DNA of 64,000 bases from an uncultured Candidatus Saccharibacteria bacterium. Its GTDB lineage: Bacteria; Patescibacteriota; Saccharimonadia; CAILAD01; CAZGYV01. Below the pieces are notes generated by a model that saw only the letters and a program-made list of their open reading frames with translations, did no database searches and had not been told where the DNA came from. This document shows positions 26,830 through 37,015 of the stretch, piece by piece; within the stretch, counting starts at the first letter, position 1, and each line of letters starts with the position of its first letter. Made by a program: the position numbers and the translations under genes. Location of the stretch: positions 26,046-90,045 of the forward strand of contig CAZGYV010000002.1 of the NCBI GenBank assembly GCA_964530725.1, read 5' to 3'.

Positions 26830-28596
26830 TTACTCCTCTCGTATTAATGCTTGATACTCATCCAATAGCGCGGTAGCTTCGGATTTTTTATCAACAGCCT
26901 CAGCTTCAGCAATTTGCTTGGCTAGACGCCGCTTATTAAGTTCTCGGTTATATTTTTGCAAATGATGGACTTGGGTGTAGGCTTCGAGCCTAATATCGTG
27001 CTCGTCGACTGACGAGTATTCTTCTTCTCCCCGTAACGATAGGATTTTAGCATCATTCCCTCGATCTTTCAAGGCTTTGGCAATCTCATTCAAGCTGGCG
27101 TTTGGCTTTTTGGTCAAAGCCGCAAAGATAGGCCGGTTCTGATCCGAGATATCGTCTAGCTTAAGATCAGCTAAAGCTTCCCTGGTGTAGGCAAAAGCCA
27201 GCACGACTTCCAGTAACTGATTCTCGATCGCGATTCTTTTTGGTGGTTTGGCCTTGGTTGAGGGTTGGCTCATCGCTGACTCATCACTCAACTCAGATCT
27301 AGCCATGCTAGGCGAGCTAACATCAACTTGACTCAGCTTACGATGAATCGACTGAGCGCTAATGATCAAACGCTCCGACAGCCGCCTGATGTAGTGATCG
27401 CGCTCGACTTCATCCTGCAACATCTTAATAATTGGCAAAAGAAAATCACTGGCCTGTTTTTTACCCGCCGCTGAACTCAGATCATAGCGTTTGCTGGCCA
27501 AATCGAAAAGATAATCAACCGCGTACTGAGCGTCTTTGACCGCCGCCGCCCAAGCCACCTTGTCCTTTTTAACCAATTCATCGGGGTCTTTGGCGCCACC
27601 TTGAGCGTAATTAATAACACTCAAGCGCACTTTGGCTTCAGCCGCCAGCTCAATCGCTCGAATAGTCGCCGCCACCCCCGCCTCATCACTATCGAGAGCC
27701 AGCTTGATATTCTTCGTTAGCCGGGAGATGATTTTCAATTGCTGAGCGGTCAACGCCGTACCTGAAACGGCCACGACGTTGCGCACATCGGCATTTGCCA
27801 AGCCGATCACGTCCATATTGCCCTCGACGATCACGACCTCATCGCTATCTCGAATCGCTTCTTTGGCCTGGCTAAGACCAAAAATCGCGGTCGACTTGTT
27901 GTAGATCGGAGTTTGCGGCGTATTGATGTATTTGGCCGCCTTGGCCTCATTATCGAGAATTCGCGCCGAAAAGCCGATCGGCCGGCCTTGCACGTCGTAG
28001 ATCGGAAAAATAACACGGCCGCGAAAAAGATCGTAAACCGTTTTTGAGCCCGGCTTGCGGCCAGCCAAGCCACAGGCCACCAGCTCATCTTGCTTAAAGC
28101 CTTTTTTAGTTAAAAAATCAGTCAAAGCCGCCCAGCTGTCCGGCCCGTAGCCAAGCTTGAAAGTCTTAATGACGCCCTTGCTCAAGCCACGCTCTGTAAG
28201 CAAATAGTCAAGTGCGTGCCGATTCCTGGCCAAACAAGCGTGGTAATAGCCGACAGCCAGCTCCATCGCCGCATAAAGCCGCTGCTTATTATCCCTCGGC
28301 ATCTCGCCTCGTCCCCGTGGCTTGAGCTCGACTCCGGCTCGGCGAGCCAAAATCTCCAGTGCTTCACGGAAATCCACCCCTTCCATCATCTGCACAAAGG
28401 TAAAAATATCTCCGCCCTGGCCACTAGAAAAATCATGCCAGATACCTTTGTCTGGACTGACCATGAAGCTGGGTGTTTTTTCCTGCTTAAACGGTGATAA
28501 ACCCTTAAAGTTGCGGCCGGCCGGCTTGAGCTGGACATAACTTCCAACCACCTCGACAACATCAAGACGTTGTTTTATCTCATCAACTTCGTTCAT
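26830..28596 (-). CDS. dnaG: DNA primase DnaG with a degenerate (non-zinc) N-terminal zinc-ribbon domain
   Basis: TOPRIM motif [12 protein letters not shown]. The N-terminus [13 protein letters not shown]...[10 protein letters not shown] aligns to CPFHNEKTPSFTV...YHCFGCGAHG but all four Zn ligands are replaced. 8-nt gap to rpoD (operon). Confidence 0.85.
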   Translation of the reverse strand: MNEVDEIKQRLDVVEVVGSYVQLKPAGRNFKGLSPFKQEKTPSFMVSPDKGIWHDFSSGQGGDIFTFVQMMEGVDFREALEILARRAGVELKPRGRGEMPRDNKQRLYAAMELAVGYYHACLARNRHALDYLLTERGLSKGVIKTFKLGYGPDSWAALTDFLTKKGFKQDELVACGLAGRKPGSKTVYDLFRGRVIFPIYDVQGRPIGFSARILDNEAKAAKYINTPQTPIYNKSTAIFGLSQAKEAIRDSDEVVIVEGNMDVIGLANADVRNVVAVSGTALTAQQLKIISRLTKNIKLALDSDEAGVAATIRAIELAAEAKVRLSVINYAQGGAKDPDELVKKDKVAWAAAVKDAQYAVDYLFDLASKRYDLSSAAGKKQASDFLLPIIKMLQDEVERDHYIRRLSERLIISAQSIHRKLSQVDVSSPSMARSELSDESAMSQPSTKAKPPKRIAIENQLLEVVLAFAYTREALADLKLDDISDQNRPIFAALTKKPNASLNEIAKALKDRGNDAKILSLRGEEEYSSVDEHDIRLEAYTQVHHLQKYNRELNKRRLAKQIAEAEAVDKKSEATALLDEYQALIREE

Positions 28597-28632
28597 ATTA
28601 CTACCTCATGGTTATTATAAGGCAAAAGTTAC

Positions 28633-28680
28633 TCCTAAAGAGGAAAAGAGGCAGCGTCAGAGGTACCGCCTCTTTTCTAT
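28633..28680 (-). terminator. Intrinsic terminator after the 28711..29163 gene (upstream of dnaG)
   Basis: Minus strand: AAAAGAGGC-loop-GCCUCUUUU followed by CCUCUUU. Confidence 0.4.
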
Positions 28681-28710
28681 GGAGGCATATATCCGACACC
28701 GCCTTGCTTG

Positions 28711-29163
28711 CTAAGCCGCCGGCGGACTAACACCGGGGCCGGTGGATTTCGGGCTACTGAATTTGTCAGTAGCATCTCGGAACTGATCCAGACTACATTT
28801 GCCAATCGGCTCCAGAACCGAGAAGACCTCCTCCAGCTCGAGGGGGACCAAGCGGTCGATCACCTCCTCCAGGGCTTCGCGACCGGGCAAGCCCTCTTCG
28901 TCGAAGCTGCTATACTTCGGCAGCTGCCACAGCAAAAACCGCTTCAGCTCCACTGTGGCGCTCGCCGGGCTACCACGCTCGGATTGACCATCAAAACGCT
29001 CCCAGTCAGAAAAAGAATTAGCGATGAGAAGATCGATGTCTTGCTGGTAGTTGATCCAGCTGGGGAGTAAACCCGCCCGCTTGAACCAAGTGATCAGGCT
29101 GGTGTAGAAACGACGGCGCGCTTCTGACCCGTACTGCCGATTGATGAGATCGTAAATATCCAC
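28711..29163 (-). CDS. Hypothetical protein (GC-rich cassette)
   Basis: 150 aa, no recognised motif; local GC is markedly higher than the window average. Confidence 0.4.
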   Translation of the reverse strand: MDIYDLINRQYGSEARRRFYTSLITWFKRAGLLPSWINYQQDIDLLIANSFSDWERFDGQSERGSPASATVELKRFLLWQLPKYSSFDEEGLPGREALEEVIDRLVPLELEEVFSVLEPIGKCSLDQFRDATDKFSSPKSTGPGVSPPAA

Positions 29164-29333
29164 CCTACTCCGCCTTTTTTGTGGTACTAAGGATAGAGCT
29201 ATCCTCTTAAGAGCAGATTATACAAACAATTAGCGAAAAAAGCTACTGTAATGCCTATAAATTGGTGGCGGCCGCACCTCTTCTATTAAGGAGACTATAC
29301 CCCTTTAAAGAGATGCGACCGCTTGAGTAGCCC

Positions 29334-29675
29334 CTAGCCCGCTATTGTCACGCCTCCTCGTCGCGCGATCGGATAGGTCCCGACGTTGCGACGTGCGCGA
29401 GCAAGGTTGCGCTTGAAGTGCCGGCGCTCTTCTTCTGTCAGCTGCGCCTTCACCCCAAGGTAGGCCTTGCGATTCGCCGTCCGGCTGCACCCCGTGCTTC
29501 TGAGGTAGACCCGGCGCAAACGTTTGGCCGCCACGATCAGCTGACCGCGCCGGTCACCCTTTTTCACGCCGGACTGCCTGAGCAGCTTTGCCACATGGCC
29601 CATCAGCTCATCATGTGACTGACCGCGATAGCAGTCATCAATGGACTTGGGCTTTTTATGGTTTTTTCTCCCCAA
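29334..29675 (-). CDS. Hypothetical highly basic protein (GC-rich cassette)
   Basis: 113 aa, Arg/Lys-rich (…KRLRRVYLRSTG…EERRHFKRNLARARRN…); no family assigned. Confidence 0.4.
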   Translation of the reverse strand: MGRKNHKKPKSIDDCYRGQSHDELMGHVAKLLRQSGVKKGDRRGQLIVAAKRLRRVYLRSTGCSRTANRKAYLGVKAQLTEEERRHFKRNLARARRNVGTYPIARRGGVTIAG

Positions 29676-29800
29676 GACATCATCCTGGTTCGGTCGATCG
29701 GCCGCCCCGATCGGACTAATCTAATATTACCATATTCTAACCTGTAGGAACAACCTATGAATAGTTTCTAGCAATCAAAAAAGGCAACAGAGACAATGAT

Positions 29801-29848
29801 CTGTCGCCCCTCCAGGGGGAGCGGTGCCTGTATGACACCGCTCCCCCT
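29801..29848. repeat. Perfect 15-bp inverted repeat (strong hairpin) between GC-rich cassette genes
   Basis: ccagggggagcggtg-cctgtatga-caccgctccccctgg. A T-run follows on the minus strand after a second weak hairpin. Confidence 0.5.
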
Positions 29849-29866
29849 GGCAAAACTCCGCTTTTT

Positions 29867-30805
29867 TCAGGACACCAGGAGTGGGTTGACTCCCATGTAG
29901 TCCTGGTAGCTGGGTCGTGTGTGACTCAACGCCGCGGGGCGGCCATAGCAGCCTTCCCGAGCAGCAGTGACATCATCACCACCATCGTAGTCACTGATCA
30001 CCCCGGCCAGCACACGCGTGCCGCAACGACAGTCGCCGCTGTGACGATGGACAAAGATTGTATGAGATTCAACCTCATCCAATCCCCAAAGCTCGATCAG
30101 CTCGAGCCCTTCGTCCATCTGGTCCAGCTCATCCCGTGAAGGTTCGCGCAGTTGCCCCAGATCAACTTCTTCTTCAAAGTCGATCTCTTCTCTGGCAGCT
30201 CGTTTATCGAGCAGGATATCGTACTTCTCGTGTACGATATCATCAGCCAGATGCTCGGCGCAGAGCTTGTCCGACAGTCGCCGCAGCCGCTGTCGAGTTT
30301 GCCCGAGCCTTACCCGATGGCCAGCGATGCCCCACATCTCTTCTTGGATGTAGCACATCAGCTCGCCCGTCGGATCATCGATACCGAGCCAGGTCATGAT
30401 CTTGCCGGCATGTCTTGCGACGCGCCCAGCAAAGATCTGGCGTGGCCGATGCAGCTCCTCAGAGATCGCGCCTCTGAACGCTGCCGAGTAGACGATGTGG
30501 CGTACCTGCTCAATGGACATGCCGCGTCCACCAAGCTGACTCCACACCTTGGCCTGAATATAGGTGATAAATCCAGGCCTAGCGGCGGGTTCTCCCTGCT
30601 CGAGAAGCTCTCGATGAACACGTCTTGCGACATGATCATCGAATGTCCTTCTGTTGCAGCAATCTCCCATTATTCGACCGCCTTGGTCATTTTTGCTATG
30701 TTGTAGTGGTGCATTGGATGTCTTCCGAGCGGGTGGTCTCGGAAGTTCACTCGCGGATTTGCAAGTGAATAAGGAAACCATACCACATTCGGCAAGTTTT
30801 TTCAA
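29867..30805 (-). CDS. Hypothetical protein (GC-rich cassette); start uncertain
   Basis: Track ORF of 312 aa with a TTG start. Codon composition turns GC-rich from the internal ATG (MGDCCNRR...), which may be the true start. Acidic region EEIDFEEEVDLGQLREPSRDELDQMDEG and a Cys/His cluster HRHSGDCRCG. Confidence 0.4.
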   Translation of the reverse strand: MKKLAECGMVSLFTCKSASELPRPPARKTSNAPLQHSKNDQGGRIMGDCCNRRTFDDHVARRVHRELLEQGEPAARPGFITYIQAKVWSQLGGRGMSIEQVRHIVYSAAFRGAISEELHRPRQIFAGRVARHAGKIMTWLGIDDPTGELMCYIQEEMWGIAGHRVRLGQTRQRLRRLSDKLCAEHLADDIVHEKYDILLDKRAAREEIDFEEEVDLGQLREPSRDELDQMDEGLELIELWGLDEVESHTIFVHRHSGDCRCGTRVLAGVISDYDGGDDVTAAREGCYGRPAALSHTRPSYQDYMGVNPLLVS

Positions 30806-31022
30806 TACGTTATGAACAAATACCGTATAAAAATAACAAGGTGGAGAAAACGGTCATCCTTGACCATTCTCCCCACCTTTAAGAGGACTAGATTTTTCGA
30901 GAAATTTTCTAGCTGTGGCGCTGCACAACGAAATCACATCGACGCGCGGTAGTAACTTGGTTGATACCGCGATCAAGCTCACGCTGGGTCAATACTCGCC
31001 GGGCACAGCGATAGCATTGCTG

Positions 31023-31247
31023 TCAGCCTTCAGCGACATTCGAACCGTGCTCGATGACGCGCAGCCGCAGTTCACCAGCGTCACACACCCTATCCGCAGC
31101 CCACTCGAGCAACGACTCAATCACACCTTCCGTCTGCAAGCGAGCATAGCGTCGACCGCCTAGCCGTTCATGTACCACGCGCTCAACTTCTTCGCACAAA
31201 ATTTCTTTGATTTTCACTTTTCCCCTATCTGATAAGCTACCAGACAC
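31023..31247 (-). CDS. Small hypothetical ORF
   Basis: 74 aa; weak support, and a competing + ORF 30915..31163 exists. Confidence 0.2.
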   Translation of the reverse strand: MSGSLSDRGKVKIKEILCEEVERVVHERLGGRRYARLQTEGVIESLLEWAADRVCDAGELRLRVIEHGSNVAEG

Positions 31248-31270
31248 AGTAAGGAATTATAGTCCAAAAC

Positions 31271-31825
31271 TCAAGAATTATCAAGTATGATCTTCAGCAC
31301 GCTTGGCAGCTCGTTGACGCCTTTTAGGCCCGCGAAGTGCCCCTTTCCAGGATCGAGAATCAACTCACCGTCAAGCTGATCATTAAGCCAGCGAGTCTGA
31401 CTCGGCAGCACGACGCGATCATTGTCAGAATAAACACTGTAAATCGCCCGCGCTCTGGTCCTTATCTTGTTAAAGTCTAGCGTAGGCGCGAAGTACTGAT
31501 GGTGTTCCGGATTGGCCGGTACAGCGAAGCCGGCCACTAAAATCAGCTTGCCCAAATGGCCTTCGCCGTGGTAGCGCTCGAGAAAACGCAATAATAAAAA
31601 GCACCCCAAGCTGTGCCCCACCAGCGCGGTTTGCTCATCGATCTCGCCTGTCGCAGCCCGCACCGCCTCGAGCCAGCGCTCCAAGTTCGGCCGACGCGGG
31701 CTAGGCATGGCTGGTGCTACCACCTCCACGCCGCGGGATTTAAGCTCGGATGCCAGCCACCCCATCCAGCCGCGGGTCGGGTCGTCGCCAAAGCCGTGAA
31801 TTATAACCACTCGCTGTATTTTCAT
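31271..31825 (-). CDS. Alpha/beta-hydrolase fold serine hydrolase (YdeN/RBBP9-like)
   Basis: 184 aa; nucleophile elbow GHSLG, and the N-terminal HGFGDD loop. Confidence 0.6.
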   Translation of the reverse strand: MKIQRVVIIHGFGDDPTRGWMGWLASELKSRGVEVVAPAMPSPRRPNLERWLEAVRAATGEIDEQTALVGHSLGCFLLLRFLERYHGEGHLGKLILVAGFAVPANPEHHQYFAPTLDFNKIRTRARAIYSVYSDNDRVVLPSQTRWLNDQLDGELILDPGKGHFAGLKGVNELPSVLKIILDNS

Positions 31826-31856
31826 AAGGCTTCATTGTACCACGACCTGATTTTGG

Positions 31857-32585
31857 CTATTTCCAGCTGAAAGATTCAATGCTCTTTTCAATGTCAGATT
31901 TAGCAGCCTTATCAATCGGATTGTAAAACCAGCCAATCATAAAAAATTTACCATTACGCACCCCAAAGTAATGCGACATAACAACCTTTTGCTTATCACC
32001 TATGTCCTGCTCCGTAACAATCTTACGAGCCGCCGCACCACCAAGACTGGCCGCCTCGCTACTAATCTGACTACCCTTACCAGAGATCATCTGATTAATA
32101 ACTTTTTCAAACATAGCGTTAATCTTGCTAGTATATTCTTGTGAAGAAAGCTTGGTATCGGCTGGTTTTTTTGTAGCACTGGCAATAACGCCGCCAGACC
32201 CTTGTTTGGCCTGGTCAATCACGCAATAATCCTCTGTCTTTTGCTGTTCGACCACTTGATCAGCCAAGCCCGTTTGCTTGGTATAATTTACCGGCAAGCT
32301 GAGTTCAAAGCACTCGGTCGCGAAAACTTTTGGCGCGCTATAGACCACTTTGTAGTACCACCAGCCCAAAGCCGCAAATACGACTACGAAAACCAACCCT
32401 AACATTACAAGTAGTGCAGTCAGACGACGGCGTTTTCTGTGGCCACGGTCTACATCAGCCGCCAGATGGTCTGGGCTAACAACGTGTACGTTGCTGGTAG
32501 GATAAGACGCTTGCTCAGGAAAAGCCGCTGAAGAATCTTTTGGCTGACTAGATGCTGCTTGCGAATCTGGATTTGGCTCAGCCAT
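31857..32585 (-). CDS. Membrane-anchored hypothetical protein; paralog of the next gene
   Basis: Single TM LTALLVMLGLVFVVVFAAL. The C-terminal domain ends ...GWFYNPIDKAAKSDIEKSIESFSWK, similar to the C-terminus of 32604..34295. Confidence 0.5.
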   Translation of the reverse strand: MAEPNPDSQAASSQPKDSSAAFPEQASYPTSNVHVVSPDHLAADVDRGHRKRRRLTALLVMLGLVFVVVFAALGWWYYKVVYSAPKVFATECFELSLPVNYTKQTGLADQVVEQQKTEDYCVIDQAKQGSGGVIASATKKPADTKLSSQEYTSKINAMFEKVINQMISGKGSQISSEAASLGGAAARKIVTEQDIGDKQKVVMSHYFGVRNGKFFMIGWFYNPIDKAAKSDIEKSIESFSWK

Positions 32586-32603
32586 CGCTCGCTACAAAAG
32601 CCT

Positions 32604-34295
32604 TTATTTCCAGTTCCAATGTTCGAGTGCGTTATCGAAGTTTTTCTTCGAGAAATCGTCGTTGTAGCTACCGGCGATGATAAAGCCGCGGGCCTTCAAA
32701 TTGTCACTGCTATAACGATCACGGCCAAAGTCCACCGACACCATTACGTCTGGGAAATTCTCCATACTCGAAGCACCAGAGAAAATTAATTTTTGCGCTT
32801 CCAGCCCGCCGACCATAATTTTTGTCTCCGACTCCAGCTTGATCGTCTGATCGACACCCGATTTGAAATAGCCAATTACGTTGTCAAAATTCACTTTATC
32901 GGCCGCGGTGTAAGGCAATATTTGTAAATTACTAGCCCGCTGCGCTCCATAAACCGCCCCAAAAACACACCAATCGTTGTAAAACGGCTGGTTGTCTTTT
33001 AGTATGACCGTCTCCCAACACGGACCTTCGATGCCACTATAGTCGCTGACTATTTGACTCGTTGGGATGGAATCAAACAGCGAGCCCACCACCGACGGCG
33101 CGGCCGTAGTTGGAATATTGGTCGTCGTTAGCTTTTTCGAAGCTGTTGCCTTGGCAGGCGATTGGACGTAATTGGCTTTGCGCTTGGTGATATTAAATGA
33201 TTCCCCCGAGCTGTTGCCATTTTTTTGACCCTCCATGCCGCCTAAATAATTTTCAATGCTGTAGTCCGAGCTATTTGTTTGTTCAGTTTTTTGGTCTTCT
33301 TTTGCTGGGGTTGAATTTTTGTTCGTTTCAGACTTGCCGCTGGTGAATATTTTGACAATCTGATCTCGAGTTGGGCTGTAGGCCATCGCGCTGCCGGCAC
33401 CCAAAATCACCATCGCGACGATCGCTGCGGCGGCTATACGCACACCTTTTTTGCCTGCCTTCTTGGCTGCGGGAGTAGTTTTGTCGCCTAGCGCGTGGCC
33501 ACCCGATAAATGCTTTTCTTCTGGGAAACCAGTTTTTTTGTTGTCTGGCTCAGTATCAGCCGGCTTCCGAGCGCGCACGTCAGCTACCACTACATTGTTT
33601 AGCCGCACGGCCTTGGGCCCGTCTTCCTGCTCAGGTGTATCAGCTGCCATGTCCTCGCTGGAGCTGGGCGTTGCTTCAACCTGGACTGGCATATCCGGTA
33701 CTGTTTGCTCGCGATCAGACGAATAGCTGTCGGCCAAATCCTGCCGCAAATCATCATCAGACCTGTCCGCCTCGGACAATTTATCGGGCGTCGCATCGTC
33801 CTCATCAACTTTCGGCTCAACCTCAATTTTCGTCTCTTTGGCGTCAGATTCAGACTCGTCCTCGACTTTTATATCTTCTTCCTCGGACTGCTTTTCGTCA
33901 TCCCCACCATCGTCCTTCTTATCTTCTACCACCTCTACTTCCAAATCATCAGCATCCTGATCCACGCCAGCCTGCCCCTCGCCAAATGCCCCAGCCGCTT
34001 CGTCAACCGCCTCATTGCCCGTACGCACCGCGCTGCGAATTGGTTCATCGTGCGTCTTGGCAATAATATCATCCAGCTTACTCGATATCGTTCCAGCCTC
34101 CGGCCCGCCAGCAGCACCAGCCGAGTCCGGCCCACCTGCTTCCGGCGCCTTCTTGGTACTATCAGGCGTAAAAACGGCCCCCGGCTTGTAGCTCAAAGCT
34201 GGCGGCTCGTCGTGGGCATGCAAAGTCCGGCTGTCACCAGGTCCTTCCGACTTGCCGGCAAACAAATTTACCTTGTCTAGTGTCTCGTCATTCAT
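32604..34295 (-). CDS. Membrane-anchored hypothetical protein with a long acidic N-terminal region; paralog of the previous gene
   Basis: 563 aa with a ~280-aa D/E-rich N-terminal region and a central TM VRIAAAAIVAMVILGAGSAMA. The C-terminal domain ends ...GSYNDDFSKKNFDNALEHWNWK. Confidence 0.55.
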   Translation of the reverse strand: MNDETLDKVNLFAGKSEGPGDSRTLHAHDEPPALSYKPGAVFTPDSTKKAPEAGGPDSAGAAGGPEAGTISSKLDDIIAKTHDEPIRSAVRTGNEAVDEAAGAFGEGQAGVDQDADDLEVEVVEDKKDDGGDDEKQSEEEDIKVEDESESDAKETKIEVEPKVDEDDATPDKLSEADRSDDDLRQDLADSYSSDREQTVPDMPVQVEATPSSSEDMAADTPEQEDGPKAVRLNNVVVADVRARKPADTEPDNKKTGFPEEKHLSGGHALGDKTTPAAKKAGKKGVRIAAAAIVAMVILGAGSAMAYSPTRDQIVKIFTSGKSETNKNSTPAKEDQKTEQTNSSDYSIENYLGGMEGQKNGNSSGESFNITKRKANYVQSPAKATASKKLTTTNIPTTAAPSVVGSLFDSIPTSQIVSDYSGIEGPCWETVILKDNQPFYNDWCVFGAVYGAQRASNLQILPYTAADKVNFDNVIGYFKSGVDQTIKLESETKIMVGGLEAQKLIFSGASSMENFPDVMVSVDFGRDRYSSDNLKARGFIIAGSYNDDFSKKNFDNALEHWNWK

Positions 34296-34339
34296 AACAA
34301 CTTTAACTTTATTATATCAGCTCGAATGGCAATACAAAA

Positions 34340-35248
34340 TCACCGATGCTGGTCAGTACGGGCGGCCATGTATTTGTCATAGCTCGACCAATTCCCGCCC
34401 AGAAGCGACATAATCAGCTCAACCCCCAGATCGACCGTTTTACCATCAATATCTCGGCTCGGATTGACTTCGACCAAATCAATTGCCCGCACCTGAAGTC
34501 CTGCCAGCCGACGGGTCAGATAGCTAATCTCGCGGTAGTTCAAGCCGCCGTGATTGACAATCCCCGTACCCGGCGCGAATTGGCCGTCAATCGAGTCAAT
34601 ATCAAGGCTGACATGCACCGGCCGATGGCCAATTTTATCGACCACCTCGCCCGTCACGGCCGCTATACCGCGCTCAGTAATCTCATCCATCGTAATATAA
34701 CGAATCTTGTGCCGCGTGAGATAGCGATACTCGGCCTCATCAATATCCTTCACCCCAATAATAAAAACATCCTCATAGGCATACTTTCTGTGTTCAAACC
34801 GACCATAAAGCGCGTCACCCATAGCCGTTGAGAGCGGCATGCCGTGAATGTAGCCTGACAAGCTATCAGCCGGGCTGCTGCAATCAGGATGTGCGTCGAT
34901 GTAGACCACACAAGCCTCCGGCCAGAGCGCCTTGCTGGCGAAGAGCGAGCCAATACCGATCGAGTGATCACCACCCAGCACGACCGCGCGGCCGCGCGGA
35001 CTAACCTCACTTACCAGCTGGTGATAGAGCGCTTGATTAAATTCCACCAAGGCATCGAGGTTGTAGAGGTTTTGTTTGAGCTCATGCGTTGGCTCGTGAT
35101 CGGCGATCGGCTCCAAAATTTCAAAATCAATTTTATTACCCGCCAGCGCATCAGTCAGGCCGCCATTCAAAATAGCCATTGGCGCGAGTTCGGTGCCGTG
35201 ATTTGAGAGTGTGCCGAGGCTGGTGCCCGCCTGAATAAGCTTTAACAT
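34340..35248 (-). CDS. Arginase/agmatinase-family ureohydrolase
   Basis: Motifs GGDHSIGIG, DAHPD and SLDIDSIDGQFAPGTG, the binuclear Mn ligands. 302 aa. Confidence 0.75.
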   Translation of the reverse strand: MLKLIQAGTSLGTLSNHGTELAPMAILNGGLTDALAGNKIDFEILEPIADHEPTHELKQNLYNLDALVEFNQALYHQLVSEVSPRGRAVVLGGDHSIGIGSLFASKALWPEACVVYIDAHPDCSSPADSLSGYIHGMPLSTAMGDALYGRFEHRKYAYEDVFIIGVKDIDEAEYRYLTRHKIRYITMDEITERGIAAVTGEVVDKIGHRPVHVSLDIDSIDGQFAPGTGIVNHGGLNYREISYLTRRLAGLQVRAIDLVEVNPSRDIDGKTVDLGVELIMSLLGGNWSSYDKYMAARTDQHR

Positions 35249-35306
35249 GCTAATGATTATTATACACTTTTTGCCAACTCAAAGTCCTCGTCGTTATAAT
35301 GTAAAT

Positions 35307-36335
35307 ATGAAAATAGAAGGCATCCCCAATCACCCCGAATCAGCCACCAGCTCCGGCGAGCAACTGGCACCGTACCAGTACAAAATTCTCAACCGCGAAT
35401 ACTACGAGCAACACCTCGGCGGCCACGGCGTCGAGGCCGAGTGGCCCTCAGACGAAGCCATGCGCGCCGAATACGTCGGCTTAACCTTCGATCTGATCGA
35501 ACAAGTCATTGAGGGAAAATATGACACCGTACTATTCCTCGATAAGTCTGGCCGGCCGGTCTCGTGGCTGATGTCCGAGCTATGGGGTAGCTTCACCGAC
35601 CAAGAAAGGCCCGAGATCAAGTTTGTCAACATCGACGCCAATCGCCTGCTCGGCTACGCCGAAGACGCACCGCGGCCTACACCTGAGGAAATAAGCGCTT
35701 TCTCGCCAACGGATCAAGATATTCACGAGATTAGGCAGATTTATAGCCCCAACCAAGCTCGAGATGATACTACCTATCTGGACAATAAAAATATTCTAGT
35801 AGTTGACGAGATCAGAGTCTCGGGTGCGACGGCTGACATTACCGAAAAGCTACTCACTAGCGCCTTCCCGAGCGCCCGATTTGAGCAGTACCACTGGCTA
35901 ACTGGCGCTACCCGCACGACGGCCAGCTATGCCAAGGGCCAGGAGCAGCGCCAAACTCTTGTCACCAAATTGCCGGTTTGGTATCACTCCACCGATCCGC
36001 GCGGCCGCGGCGTTGGCGACGTTGAAGCTGGCAAGAGCAAGTTCCTCTCCAGTCCGCAAATTACCTACCAGCCTTCTAATATGGAAGAAATAACCGTCTC
36101 GGGCGCCCAAGAAGAGCTTAGCCTTGATTTACGTTCTGATATAGCCCGCCTAGCCAGTGAAGTTAAAAGCGGCCGCCAAGGTGTCCAGCCCCGCGGCGAG
36201 GACAAATATTATTATCATACGCATGCGGATGGGCGGATCGACTACGACCAGCCGCGCTTCAAGCTCATGCCAGCCGATCCGCATGCCTACGCCGAGCACG
36301 TGGCGGCAGAAAAAGCCAAGCAAGCCCAGGTCTAA
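35307..36335 (+). CDS. Hypothetical protein with a possible phosphoribosyltransferase-like nucleotide-binding loop
   Basis: ATG at 35307 (MKIEGIPNH) after a TATAAT box. NILVVDEIRVSGAT resembles the PRTase PRPP loop. Otherwise unassigned. The track start 35247 overlaps the arginase start and is unlikely. Confidence 0.4.
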   Translation: MKIEGIPNHPESATSSGEQLAPYQYKILNREYYEQHLGGHGVEAEWPSDEAMRAEYVGLTFDLIEQVIEGKYDTVLFLDKSGRPVSWLMSELWGSFTDQERPEIKFVNIDANRLLGYAEDAPRPTPEEISAFSPTDQDIHEIRQIYSPNQARDDTTYLDNKNILVVDEIRVSGATADITEKLLTSAFPSARFEQYHWLTGATRTTASYAKGQEQRQTLVTKLPVWYHSTDPRGRGVGDVEAGKSKFLSSPQITYQPSNMEEITVSGAQEELSLDLRSDIARLASEVKSGRQGVQPRGEDKYYYHTHADGRIDYDQPRFKLMPADPHAYAEHVAAEKAKQAQV

Positions 36336-36340
36336 AGCCA

Positions 36341-36369
36341 TTGACTTTTATTATGATATAGTGTATAAT
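36341..36369 (+). promoter_or_regulatory. Consensus-like sigma70 promoter followed by a ~140-nt structured leader
   Basis: TTGACT-17 nt-TATAAT. The leader has long imperfect inverted repeats (ggctcaaagacctctta...taagagaccttgagcc and ggactactggc...gctagcagtcc). Confidence 0.5.
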
Positions 36370-36518
36370 TAATAAAGCTTGAATCAGTTTCTGGTTTCGA
36401 GCACGTTTTAGAGTTGGCTCAAAGACCTCTTATCAAGGACGGACTACTGGCTTTTTATCAAGAAGCTAGCAGTCCGCTCAAGACTAAGAGACCTTGAGCC
36501 CGACCATGGGGAGAAACC

Positions 36519-36893
36519 ATGGAAGTCATCAACGATACCACCGCCGTCAGCGACCTTATCGAGATCGCTCGCCATCAGCTCGACGAGCTGGAAGCGCTCG
36601 AGGCAGAGTACGCTGGTCATGTCCGGCTCGAACTCTGGCTGGAACAGAAGCGCAAGAGCATCTCGTCGCTGCTCAGCAAGATCGACGACGAGAGCTGCAA
36701 GACCAACGAGCAGTGGGAGGCAATCACCTACCTGGCCAACCTGCTCAAGCGGCTCCGGTGTCGCCTGGAAGCCCTCCAGGCCGACAAAGAGCCAGCCTGG
36801 GCCAGAGGTTTGATCACGCCGACAAGCAGTGTGGTCACCAAAGAGGCTCTGGAGAACCTCGTGAAGACATTCTCCAAGCCACGTCGGCACTAG
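36519..36893 (+). CDS. Hypothetical protein (GC-rich cassette)
   Basis: 124 aa, coiled-coil-like. The overlapping track ORF 36494..37450 has an Arg-rich junk N-terminus in another frame. Confidence 0.4.
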   Translation: MEVINDTTAVSDLIEIARHQLDELEALEAEYAGHVRLELWLEQKRKSISSLLSKIDDESCKTNEQWEAITYLANLLKRLRCRLEALQADKEPAWARGLITPTSSVVTKEALENLVKTFSKPRRH

Positions 36894-37015
36894 CAGCAGT
36901 CATCTCCCTCGCCCCAACAATACTTGGGGCCCAACCTGAGCGCTTTTTATTAGCAAAAGCCTTCAGGCTGGGTTGTATACTGGTGTGCCCAGCACCACGA
37001 CTCCTTGAAGGAGTA

